A stretch of DNA of 64,000 bases, taken from the NCBI GenBank assembly GCA_041737175.1, contig JBGSSF010000034.1:143606-207605 (forward strand), in the 5' to 3' direction. The position numbers and the translations under genes were made by a program. This document shows, one piece after another, positions 1 to 8,244 of the stretch; within the stretch, counting starts at the first letter, position 1; each line of letters begins with the position of its first letter. This stretch comes from Bacteroidales bacterium (lineage in GTDB: Bacteria > Bacteroidota > Bacteroidia > Bacteroidales > UBA10428). The notes under the pieces are model-generated. The model made no database searches. It was not told the origin of the DNA and worked only from the letters and a program-made list of their open reading frames with translations.

Positions 1-1079
1 AATCCTCCGGATACAATTCCCCAGGAACAAGCTTCCACGAGATCAGGATTTTTATTGCCGTTTGTCAACTGCTGAACAACAGATGCAATTACTCCCCCGG
101 TGAAATTGTCACCACAGCCGGTTGTGTCACCTCCGTGGAAACTTTTCAGTTCGGTACGGATATGATGCGATACCGGCAGGGTCATGAGTTCCGCTTTATT
201 GAAAAATGATCCGTCTGAATAAGCATGAATGTTATCTGCCCCATTGGTCACAATGAGTGACCGGACCTTTTTCGCCATGAAAAACCTGATTGCCTCATCC
301 AGGCCGGCTTCACCGCTGAGCCGCAATGCCTCTTCCTTATCCGTAATCAGGATATCCATGTGCATATAGCTTTCATCATTTTCGCCCAAAGGCCATCTTC
401 GGGACGGATTAGCCTTTTCATTCCTGAAATCGAAGACTGTATTGACAATTGTAATACAACCCTGTGATTTGGTTTTTTTGAGCAACGAAGTCAGGTGATC
501 ATGGATGTTGGGAACAAGGGCGGTACCTCCAAAAACAACAATATCGGAGTTGAAAAAATCATCATCCAGTTCATCCGCTTGGTAATTCCATGCGGCGCCT
601 ATCGAATTGATAAACATCCTTTCGCCATGGCCGTTATCATAAGCGGGATCAGATAGTACAAGCGTTGACGGTGTCCGGTTTTTAATCAGTCTATAGTCTT
701 TCAGCACAACGGGTGTTTTTCGAAGGAACTTTGTCAGATATTCACCATTCTCATCATTTCCCGCTCTTCCGTAAAACCGAACTTCGCATTTGTCCCGATT
801 GGTCAGCTGCGCTGCATGAATTAAAGAAACAACAGATGGGCCGCCGATATTGATCTTATCGCAGTCCCGGCCTCCGGTTATTGCATGGATAAATTGATCC
901 AGCATGATGCCGCTGAATTTCTCAAATTCTTCCTGCAGGACAAGCTTACCGGGTGACAGTCCGCCATCTCCGCGATTTCTGGCGAGATAAGGCTTGATAA
1001 CCTGGCTATTGAAATCAATGTTATTGTATAATACGTCCACAAGGCAGCAACCTACCCCGGAAACGATGATTTTATCCAT
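1..1079 (-). CDS. PfkB-family carbohydrate kinase (C-terminus runs off the window edge)
   Basis: My own translation of the minus strand from the ATG at 1079-1077 gives MDKIIVSGVGCCLVDVLYNN... Near position 1 it reads ...HGGDTTGCGDNFTGGVIAS, which is the PfkB DTxGxGD signature. It is absent from the ORF track because it is open at the window edge. It lies 19 nt downstream of the cupin isomerase gene on the same strand. Confidence 0.8.
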   Translation of the reverse strand, partial: MDKIIVSGVGCCLVDVLYNNIDFNSQVIKPYLARNRGDGGLSPGKLVLQEEFEKFSGIMLDQFIHAITGGRDCDKINIGGPSVVSLIHAAQLTNRDKCEVRFYGRAGNDENGEYLTKFLRKTPVVLKDYRLIKNRTPSTLVLSDPAYDNGHGERMFINSIGAAWNYQADELDDDFFNSDIVVFGGTALVPNIHDHLTSLLKKTKSQGCITIVNTVFDFRNEKANPSRRWPLGENDESYMHMDILITDKEEALRLSGEAGLDEAIRFFMAKKVRSLIVTNGADNIHAYSDGSFFNKAELMTLPVSHHIRTELKSFHGGDTTGCGDNFTGGVIASVVQQLTNGNKNPDLVEACSWGIVSGG

Positions 1080-1098
1080 ATTTTAAGTGGAATACTGA

Positions 1099-1773
1099 TT
1101 ATAAATACTTCAAATAATCGTTGACCAAAAGATGAATAGGTTCCACATCTTCCTCTATTTCAGGGAAACGCCCTACTTTGTCGTAGAAACGATTGTCATT
1201 TGCATCATCATTAACCATGCTTACTTCCCCGATGAGCACTTCACCTTTGTTCATTTCACCATAAAACCGGTGATAAAGTCCCGGCTTGAGGCATATGCTC
1301 TGGCCGGGTTTCAAAATAAGCGGTTCACCAGCCCGGATGGTAACAAGAATACCATCAACACTCACAGTTACCGGCTCGTGTGAAAGTTGTTCATCAGAAT
1401 CTGCCAGGTAGAGTTCCATTACCAGGTCACCTCCGCCCCTGTTGATGATATCTTCAGTTTTATTCCAGTGAAAATGCATGGGAGTAACCTGTCCCTCTCC
1501 TGCAACCATGATTTTCTCACAGTACAATTTGTCCTTCTTTTCCCAACTTCCGTTTCTGATAGTGAAGAGTGCCAGTCCCTTTTTATAGAAATCACCACTT
1601 CCGAAATCAGTGATATCCCATCCAAGTTTATTGTCAACTATTTCAGAGCATTTCTTATAGGCACCTTTCCAATCACCCGGAGCCCAGTATGCCCATCCGG
1701 GCAGCATGAACCTGTGAAAAGCTAAAAAGTGCTTTACATCCGTAATGATTGCATTGACTTCACTTCGTCTCAT
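1099..1773 (-). CDS. D-lyxose/D-mannose-type ketol-isomerase (cupin)
   Basis: 224 aa. The size and the cupin metal-site pattern (TPMHFHWNKTEDIINRGGG ... GLYHRFYGE) match what I recall of the D-lyxose isomerase family. It forms an operon with the PfkB kinase. Confidence 0.7.
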   Translation of the reverse strand: MRRSEVNAIITDVKHFLAFHRFMLPGWAYWAPGDWKGAYKKCSEIVDNKLGWDITDFGSGDFYKKGLALFTIRNGSWEKKDKLYCEKIMVAGEGQVTPMHFHWNKTEDIINRGGGDLVMELYLADSDEQLSHEPVTVSVDGILVTIRAGEPLILKPGQSICLKPGLYHRFYGEMNKGEVLIGEVSMVNDDANDNRFYDKVGRFPEIEEDVEPIHLLVNDYLKYL

Positions 1774-1991
1774 GGTACCATTCTATTTTGATTTGGTTTC
1801 TACCATAGTCCCGGATATCAATTCAAAGATAGTACATACCTCAATGCCTGAATAAGAGTAATCAGGAAATATTCTATTCGTAAACAGAAAATCCAGAATA
1901 TTCATAAGTGTACAAATTATAAGTGAATATATTCTTGTTAAAGCTCATAATTGATGTATTTTTAATCAAGCAATTACTAAACCTGAATCAA

Positions 1992-2951
1992 ATGAACAAA
2001 CTTTCTCGCAAGGATTTTATCCGTTTATCCATGGCCTCTTCCCTGGCCATACCCTTCATTGGATGTACCGGAAAATCAGCCGGAGCAGGGAAATCGGAAG
2101 ATCAACAATCAATAGTAAAAACCTATACAGATACCATCGGTCTTCAGGTTTTTGCATTCAGGGATATGCTTGTGAAGGACGCTCCGAATCTGTTTAAATC
2201 ATTTGCCTCGGCCGGCGTCAAATCCGTTGAGTTTTTCAATCCTGCCACTTTGAATGAATATGTCCCCATTGTTAAAGATTGCGGAATGCTTCCTTTAAGC
2301 ACGCATTTTATGCCGGGATATGTTACCGGAAACTGGGAAATGGCCAGGACAATGAACATGGCACCTCCGGACAATTACCACTATGAGAACATCATTGAGG
2401 ACTGCGTGAAGAACGGCATAAAATATATGGGCATTGCCATTCTGCTTGAGGAAGACAGGCCTACCCTGGACGACTACAAACGGTTTGCTGAAAAATTCAA
2501 TGCATGTGGCGAAAAGAGTAAATCTGCCGGCATTCAACTATTCTACCACAACCATTCTTTTGAATTTGAACCCATGCAGGGAACTACACCCTATGACGAA
2601 ATGCTGAAGATCTTCGACAAAGAACTTGTCAAACTTGAGCTGGACGTCTTTTGGATCACCGTAGGCGGACAGGATCCTCTGCTATGGCTTCAGAAAACAG
2701 GGGACAGACTTTTATTTCTTCATATGAAGGACCTGAAGAAAGAATCACAAACAGGCATTTTTAATTTCAATATCCCTGAGGATAGCTATACAGAGCTGGG
2801 TACCGGAATGCTTGATTATAAGGCCATACTGAAGCTTACACGCACGCTGGGGATTCAATATGCTATTGTGGATCAGGACAGCACCCAGATGACGGATAAG
2901 ATAGCCAGTGTAAGGCAGAATTGCGAGTATATTAAATCTCTGGGAATATGA
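1992..2951 (+). CDS. Exported sugar-phosphate isomerase/epimerase (xylose-isomerase-like TIM barrel)
   Basis: The track ORF starts at GTG 1923. An in-frame ATG at 1992 gives MNKLSRKDFIRLSMASSLAIPFIGC, a Tat-like SRKDF motif followed by a lipobox-like Cys. Internal FYHNHSFEF, LELDVFW and LHMKD are typical of the AP-endonuclease-2/xylose-isomerase-like TIM family. Confidence 0.7.
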   Translation: MNKLSRKDFIRLSMASSLAIPFIGCTGKSAGAGKSEDQQSIVKTYTDTIGLQVFAFRDMLVKDAPNLFKSFASAGVKSVEFFNPATLNEYVPIVKDCGMLPLSTHFMPGYVTGNWEMARTMNMAPPDNYHYENIIEDCVKNGIKYMGIAILLEEDRPTLDDYKRFAEKFNACGEKSKSAGIQLFYHNHSFEFEPMQGTTPYDEMLKIFDKELVKLELDVFWITVGGQDPLLWLQKTGDRLLFLHMKDLKKESQTGIFNFNIPEDSYTELGTGMLDYKAILKLTRTLGIQYAIVDQDSTQMTDKIASVRQNCEYIKSLGI

Positions 2952-4363
2952 TACGATACTTTTCATCTGTTTTTTTGACAATTCTTTTGCCTTTCAACGT
3001 TGCTTCCCAAGTCAATTGGGTATCAACTACCCATGATCACCCATGGGTACAGCAGCAGGCCAGGTTTGCCAGACCATCGAAAACAACTGCTGATGTGACT
3101 ATCCTGACTGATGGACCGGAACAGCTTATTGACGGTTTTGGAATCTGTTTCAACGAATTAGGCTGGATGGCTCTGTCGGACCTTGATGAGCAGGGGCGTG
3201 AGAACATACTTGAAAAACTTTTCGATCCGAAGGAAGGTCTGAAACTCAACATTTGCCGGATGCCCATCGGCGCCAATGACTATGCCCGGAATTACTATTC
3301 ATTAAACGATTCGGTGAATGATTTTGAAATGAAGCATTTCAATATTGAGCGTGACAGAACCATATTGATTCCTTTTATAAAGGCAGCCATGAAATACAGG
3401 CCTGATCTAAAGGTATGGGGTTCCCCCTGGTGCCCTCCATCCTGGATGAAAACAAACAGCCATTATGCATGCCGGCCCGGTTCGGATAATGGACTTCTGC
3501 CACAACAGGAGGGGAAGGAAGGCGTCACGCAATTCCGCATGGAACCTGCCTTCCTGAATGCCTATGCCCTGTATTTTGAAAATTATATCGATTCTTATCG
3601 GAATGAAGGAATTCACCTCACCGGCATTCATGTACAGAATGAAATGAACTCCTGCCAGAACTTCCCTTCATGCATTTGGACTGCCACTGATCTGGGACAT
3701 TTTATCGGTAAATACCTGGGTCCCAAGTTAAAAACCAGTTTTCCCGATGCGGAAATATGGTACGGGACGTATGAGAGACCTTCAGTGGAAAATATTGACA
3801 CCATCATGCAGAATCCTGGAATAGCCAGATACATTACCGGTGTCAGCTTCCAGTGGGCCGGTAAGCAGGCCATACCGGGAGTGCATGCAAAATATCCCGA
3901 TCTTAAACTTATGCAGTCTGAAACCGAATGCGGCAACGGATCGAACGACTGGAAAGCTGCAGAATACACCTTTTCGTTGATGAAGCATTATTTTGAGCAC
4001 GGCATTGGTGTGTATTCATTCTGGAATAGTGTGCTCGATGAAACAGGCAAAAGCATGTGGGGCTGGAAGCAGAATTCCATGATTACCGTCGACAGTAAAA
4101 CCAAAGAAGTGAAGTATAATCCTGAATTTTACCTGCTGAAACACTTCAGTTATTTTATTCACCCTGGAGCAAGAAAGCTAAAAACTACCGGTAAGAATGA
4201 TGAACTGCTTGCATTTTTGAATCCGGACAACAACCTTATCGTGATTATTGAGAATAAGGAGGATGCTGCCCGAGAAATACGGATGAATATTGGTAAAAAG
4301 AACCTGAATGTTATTCTGGAACCTCATTCATTCAATACATTCAGGTGGAAGGTTGTGAAATAA
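2948..4363 (+). CDS. Glycoside hydrolase family 30 (glucosylceramidase / beta-1,6-glucanase-like)
   Basis: 471 aa with signal peptide MIRYFSSVFLTILLPFNVASQ. Motifs are GFGICFNELGW, RMPIGANDY, GSPWCPPSWMK and HVQNEMN (compare the QNEP acid/base region). Its ATG overlaps the upstream stop (ATGA). Confidence 0.8.
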   Translation: MIRYFSSVFLTILLPFNVASQVNWVSTTHDHPWVQQQARFARPSKTTADVTILTDGPEQLIDGFGICFNELGWMALSDLDEQGRENILEKLFDPKEGLKLNICRMPIGANDYARNYYSLNDSVNDFEMKHFNIERDRTILIPFIKAAMKYRPDLKVWGSPWCPPSWMKTNSHYACRPGSDNGLLPQQEGKEGVTQFRMEPAFLNAYALYFENYIDSYRNEGIHLTGIHVQNEMNSCQNFPSCIWTATDLGHFIGKYLGPKLKTSFPDAEIWYGTYERPSVENIDTIMQNPGIARYITGVSFQWAGKQAIPGVHAKYPDLKLMQSETECGNGSNDWKAAEYTFSLMKHYFEHGIGVYSFWNSVLDETGKSMWGWKQNSMITVDSKTKEVKYNPEFYLLKHFSYFIHPGARKLKTTGKNDELLAFLNPDNNLIVIIENKEDAAREIRMNIGKKNLNVILEPHSFNTFRWKVVK

Positions 4364-4380
4364 TACTTCCAACCGGCATT

Positions 4381-5526
4381 TCACCTCACTATAGTTACAT
4401 TTCCCATAAAACTACCCCCGTCGGTATACCGGATCCCGAACTGATAGATGCCCATGGGCAGTGCCTGCCCTGAAATGGTTGTACCGCTCCAGGTGACAGG
4501 CTCGCTGCCGGTAAATCGCACTGAATAAACCATTGTGCCAACTTTGGAAAAGATATTGAGCGTTCCGCTGCGGTCCGGGTCAATGGGAATTGTCCATATC
4601 TCTCCTCTTGACGGGGCAAATACCGCCTGGTAAAGGTTTGCGCAATCAACAGAACGGATAAGCGCTAAGCCGATGCGGCTGATGCAATTGTTGGCGTCCC
4701 TGGCGTACAGGGCATAACTGCCCGGATACAAACCGGAAAAAAGTGATGTGTCCCTGAAGTTGACCTGGCTCATGGAGAAGGTATACGGAGCCTGGCCACC
4801 GGTCAACGATTGCCTGTCGATGGCAATGCTGCCGGTTGGTTTGTCGTCGCAGCTTTCGGATTCAAGGAAACTGCCTTCTATTTTTACCTTGCGGCAATCC
4901 GGTTTTCCAGTTGCTTCCGGTTTTACCGGAATCGGTTTATTTTCAGAATAGGGCTCAGAAACCTGCTTTTCAGTTTTGGGTACCTCGTTTTTAACCGGTA
5001 CAGCGGTTTGGATCTCTTCCTTTATGAGGACTGTATCAACCTGAAACGTTCTATCCGGAATTCTATCATCCGCGGGATTCTGATCAGCTGAAGGTGCCCT
5101 CAAACTTTTGATGCTGGCGGTTTCCTGGTTTCTTTTAGATAACGGAACCTCCTGATAGGTAACAGCCATGGAATCCTCAAGCACGGATATGGGTTGTTCA
5201 TTGCTATTTTTTTCTCTGTTCAGCCAGCCTGGCTGCATCCACAGAAGAATTACCCCGATCATCAGTCCACCCAAACCAAAACCAGTTATTCGTTTTATCC
5301 TCTTTGTAATTATTGTCTTTCCCAGGTGAATGGATTTCAGCTCACTTTTTATGTTCAGGTATGCCCCGTCGGTGATGATATCCCTCAACTGCCTGTGCAA
5401 TTCAACTTTGTGGGCAAAATCCGGATCTTCTTCCAGTTTTTTCCGGAAGCTTACCCTTTCATTCGCCGGCAGATCGCCGTTTAGAAAGCTCTCAATCCAT
5501 TCGTTTATTTCAATGTCCTGCTTCAT
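4381..5526 (-). CDS. Anti-sigma-like single-pass membrane protein with extracytoplasmic SprB-type repeat and T9SS type-B CTD-like end
   Basis: 381 aa, with a 4-nt overlap with the ECF sigma gene upstream. The N-terminal ~75 aa are helical, followed by KRIKR and one hydrophobic helix (ITGFGLGGLMIGVILLW), then a P/K/E-rich linker. The extracytoplasmic part reads C..GSIAID..GGQAPYTFS..YPGSYALYARDANNC and ends ...LPMGIYQFGIRYTDGGSFMGNVTIVR. Confidence 0.6.
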   Translation of the reverse strand: MKQDIEINEWIESFLNGDLPANERVSFRKKLEEDPDFAHKVELHRQLRDIITDGAYLNIKSELKSIHLGKTIITKRIKRITGFGLGGLMIGVILLWMQPGWLNREKNSNEQPISVLEDSMAVTYQEVPLSKRNQETASIKSLRAPSADQNPADDRIPDRTFQVDTVLIKEEIQTAVPVKNEVPKTEKQVSEPYSENKPIPVKPEATGKPDCRKVKIEGSFLESESCDDKPTGSIAIDRQSLTGGQAPYTFSMSQVNFRDTSLFSGLYPGSYALYARDANNCISRIGLALIRSVDCANLYQAVFAPSRGEIWTIPIDPDRSGTLNIFSKVGTMVYSVRFTGSEPVTWSGTTISGQALPMGIYQFGIRYTDGGSFMGNVTIVR

Positions 5527-6098
5527 AGTTTCTGCAAGGCGCTTTTTAATCCCGGTCTTTCTTCAATATAAGTGATCAGTTTCTGCATGCACTTGTATTT
5601 TCGTGTTTTAACAGCATTTTCAGTGCTGAATTTCATCTTTTCACATATCTCCGTATTTTTCATCCTGTAAAAGATGGAATACCTTAACAGCTCCTCGCAC
5701 CGTTCTCCCAGCTTTGTAAGTAATTCTGATACAGCTTCCTCTCTTTCCCTGGTTATGATAAGATCCATGATATTCCCGCCGGTATCGGAGAAATCGACAT
5801 ATTCCGGAAGTACAATCTCCCGGCTTTCTTTTCGTAACCTGTTAAGCCAAAGATTCTTGCTTACAGTGAAAATAAAAGCGCCGATATCGTATTTCGGATC
5901 AAATTTATCCTCCTTCACATATCTGTAAAATACCATGATGCTGTCCTGAAAAATATCAAAAGCGGCATCCTGATTTCCTGAATTATGCTTTATGTATCTG
6001 CTCACCTTTGGAAAGTATGTATTATAGATGAATTTCAAAACGTCCTTGTCTTGACCGGACTTTAAAGCCTGTAATATTTCATCATCAGAATACTTCAT
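5523..6098 (-). CDS. ECF-type RNA polymerase sigma-70 factor
   Basis: 191 aa. A region-2-like segment (FDIFQDSIMVFYRYV...FIFTVSKNLWLNRLRK) and a region-4 HTH-like segment (MKNTEICEKMKFSTENAVKTRKYKCMQKL) are present. It is translationally coupled to the downstream membrane protein. Confidence 0.85.
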   Translation of the reverse strand: MKYSDDEILQALKSGQDKDVLKFIYNTYFPKVSRYIKHNSGNQDAAFDIFQDSIMVFYRYVKEDKFDPKYDIGAFIFTVSKNLWLNRLRKESREIVLPEYVDFSDTGGNIMDLIITREREEAVSELLTKLGERCEELLRYSIFYRMKNTEICEKMKFSTENAVKTRKYKCMQKLITYIEERPGLKSALQKL

Positions 6099-6205
6099 GA
6101 ATCATGAAGGGCGTTTGCAGTATCTACAAATTAGAGAATAAAAGGTAACCTCTTTTTGAAAAATACTTACTTTTAATCTTTCTTGGGTAAGTTAGTAAAT
6201 TGTAA

Positions 6206-7147
6206 ATGTCTTTGCCAAAAATAATCAATACATGGAATGAAATCCGTTACCGGATTGTTGTTTTGAGCAGATCAATCCGGGCAGGCATTATTCTCTCGTT
6301 CCTGTTTTTTACCTGTCAAGCCCAGACAACCAATAAAAACTACCCTGTACAGTCGAGCCAGTTCATGTATGCTTATTCGCTCATCAATCCATCAAGCATT
6401 GGTATTAACTCAAATTATGAGGTTCTGATGGGATATCAGCGACCCGTTTCCGGTTTCACAGGCTTATCAACGTATTTCTGCAACCTTAGTTTTGTACCCT
6501 ATAAAATCAGGGCATCGGCAAAAAGCAAAAACATCGCCGGTCTGCGGTTTTTTAACGACAATGAAGGAGCCTATATCAACAGGATGCGGTTTTATGGTAT
6601 GTATTCTTTTCATACCAGAATTAACAGTCGGCTCAGTTTTGCGGGCGGCATTGATTTTGGGGGAATGAATTTCTCGGTAAAAGCTACCCCCACCACCGAA
6701 GGGGCATCTGTATTTAAAGCAGATGCCAATACCGGCATTTGGGTATATAATGAAAAATTTCATTTTGGGTTTTCGGTGAATCAGCTTTTCAACAGCGTTT
6801 TTCAGCCTATTGACGAAAGAACTGTGCTTCCCACGCATCTCAATCTGACGGGTTCATACACCATTGTAAAGAATGATAATGTGGAATTGACACCCCATCT
6901 GCTGATTACCTATCCCTATTATTCAAAAACCGACATTCAGGCTGGTCTTCACGGATTATTCCTCGAAAAAATCATTGCTTCAGTAAGCTGGAATCATAAG
7001 ACCAGCGTATCGGCCATGCTGGGGGTGAATGATCTGACCATTTATAAAAGCAATATGAATATCATTCTGTCCTATGTTACCAATACAGGGAAGGCCGCTC
7101 TCGGTATCAACAAGCTGGAGATATCCATTTTATATTCTTTTCAATGA
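6206..7147 (+). CDS. PorP/SprF-family type IX secretion system membrane protein
   Basis: 313 aa. After the signal peptide comes AQ...QSSQFMYAYSLINPSSIG then GYQRPVSGF, which is the family N-terminal pattern (Q.sQy.. ..NPA..G ... YR.QW.G). The rest is rich in alternating beta-strand-like segments and ends in an aromatic residue. Confidence 0.75.
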   Translation: MSLPKIINTWNEIRYRIVVLSRSIRAGIILSFLFFTCQAQTTNKNYPVQSSQFMYAYSLINPSSIGINSNYEVLMGYQRPVSGFTGLSTYFCNLSFVPYKIRASAKSKNIAGLRFFNDNEGAYINRMRFYGMYSFHTRINSRLSFAGGIDFGGMNFSVKATPTTEGASVFKADANTGIWVYNEKFHFGFSVNQLFNSVFQPIDERTVLPTHLNLTGSYTIVKNDNVELTPHLLITYPYYSKTDIQAGLHGLFLEKIIASVSWNHKTSVSAMLGVNDLTIYKSNMNIILSYVTNTGKAALGINKLEISILYSFQ

Positions 7148-7209
7148 GCAAGGGGTTACTTTTCAGTTTCTGTTGTGAAGTTCAGTTGTAATCAATAAAC
7201 TAACTTCAT

Positions 7210-8205
7210 ATGAAAAAGGCAAATTTGAAATTCCTGTTATTCCTGTCAATCCTTTCGCTAGCCATTGCATGCGAGAAGGAAAACCTGACAGAAAGTGAAA
7301 GCCCGCAACCCGAAGATTCATTTCTTAAATCACTGGAAGGAGATACTACGATTTCCGATGTCCCGGATGTAGTGGTGGATGACACCATACTCATGGCCCA
7401 GGCTTTGGTGTCACAAAATCATGAAAACCTGCTGACATACACCTATGACCGGTCAGGCAGGCTGGATTATATCAGCTATATCAGGAAATGTGCAATTACT
7501 CCTGCATCCGATGACAATCTTGTGCCCAGGTACACATACATGCGTGACAGGTTTGTTTATGGAAATTCAGGTCAACTCGCTGAGGTGCATAGATATACCC
7601 TGACTGAAAAACCGCAGGAGACAAACCTGAACCTGGTAGAATACTTTAAGTACAATTCCATCGGACAATTGGAACAGATCATTACGAGAAGGCCTGATGT
7701 ATCCTACAAGTGGGATAAGTTTGAATACCTGTTTTATGACCCATCCGGGAACATGATCCGGAAGCTTGTAAGGGAACCCGGTCAGCCGACGCTTTACTTT
7801 AGTTATTCCTACGACAAATCGAACAGGCTGGTCAGGGTAACGGGTTATACCAATGAGATTAACCGCTTACTGTTTGTCTGTGACTTGTTTTACGATAGCT
7901 TTGATAACATTGAACGCAAAGAGTTTTATTACCCGATGATGACTACAAGCGCAAGTGAGAATGATGTGGTAAGGAAATGGGTTGTGTATTACAAGTATGA
8001 TAATTACAACAACCCGTTTAAAGATCTCAAACTCCCGGTTGCATCCCTGTTCGAGTGGATGGATTTGGTATCAACGAATAATATCAGGGCGATCTTATTT
8101 GACAATGGTTCATTGGACAGAATGGTATATTACAAATACCGCTATAACAATACAGGCTACCCGGTGATGCGTTTCAGAATAAGCCCACTGACAATGGATG
8201 AGTAA
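7210..8205 (+). CDS. Lipoprotein with about seven YD-type repeats
   Basis: Lipobox LSLAIAC. Recurrent Y/F-x-Y-D/N-x-x-G-x-L units are visible: YTYDRSGRLDYISY, FVYGNSGQLAEV, FKYNSIGQLEQI, LFYDPSGNMIRK, YSYDKSNRLVRV and LFYDSFDNIERK. Confidence 0.6.
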   Translation: MKKANLKFLLFLSILSLAIACEKENLTESESPQPEDSFLKSLEGDTTISDVPDVVVDDTILMAQALVSQNHENLLTYTYDRSGRLDYISYIRKCAITPASDDNLVPRYTYMRDRFVYGNSGQLAEVHRYTLTEKPQETNLNLVEYFKYNSIGQLEQIITRRPDVSYKWDKFEYLFYDPSGNMIRKLVREPGQPTLYFSYSYDKSNRLVRVTGYTNEINRLLFVCDLFYDSFDNIERKEFYYPMMTTSASENDVVRKWVVYYKYDNYNNPFKDLKLPVASLFEWMDLVSTNNIRAILFDNGSLDRMVYYKYRYNNTGYPVMRFRISPLTMDE

Positions 8206-8244
8206 ATGGAATAATTAGTAAATTTGAATGAACTAAAACCTGCA

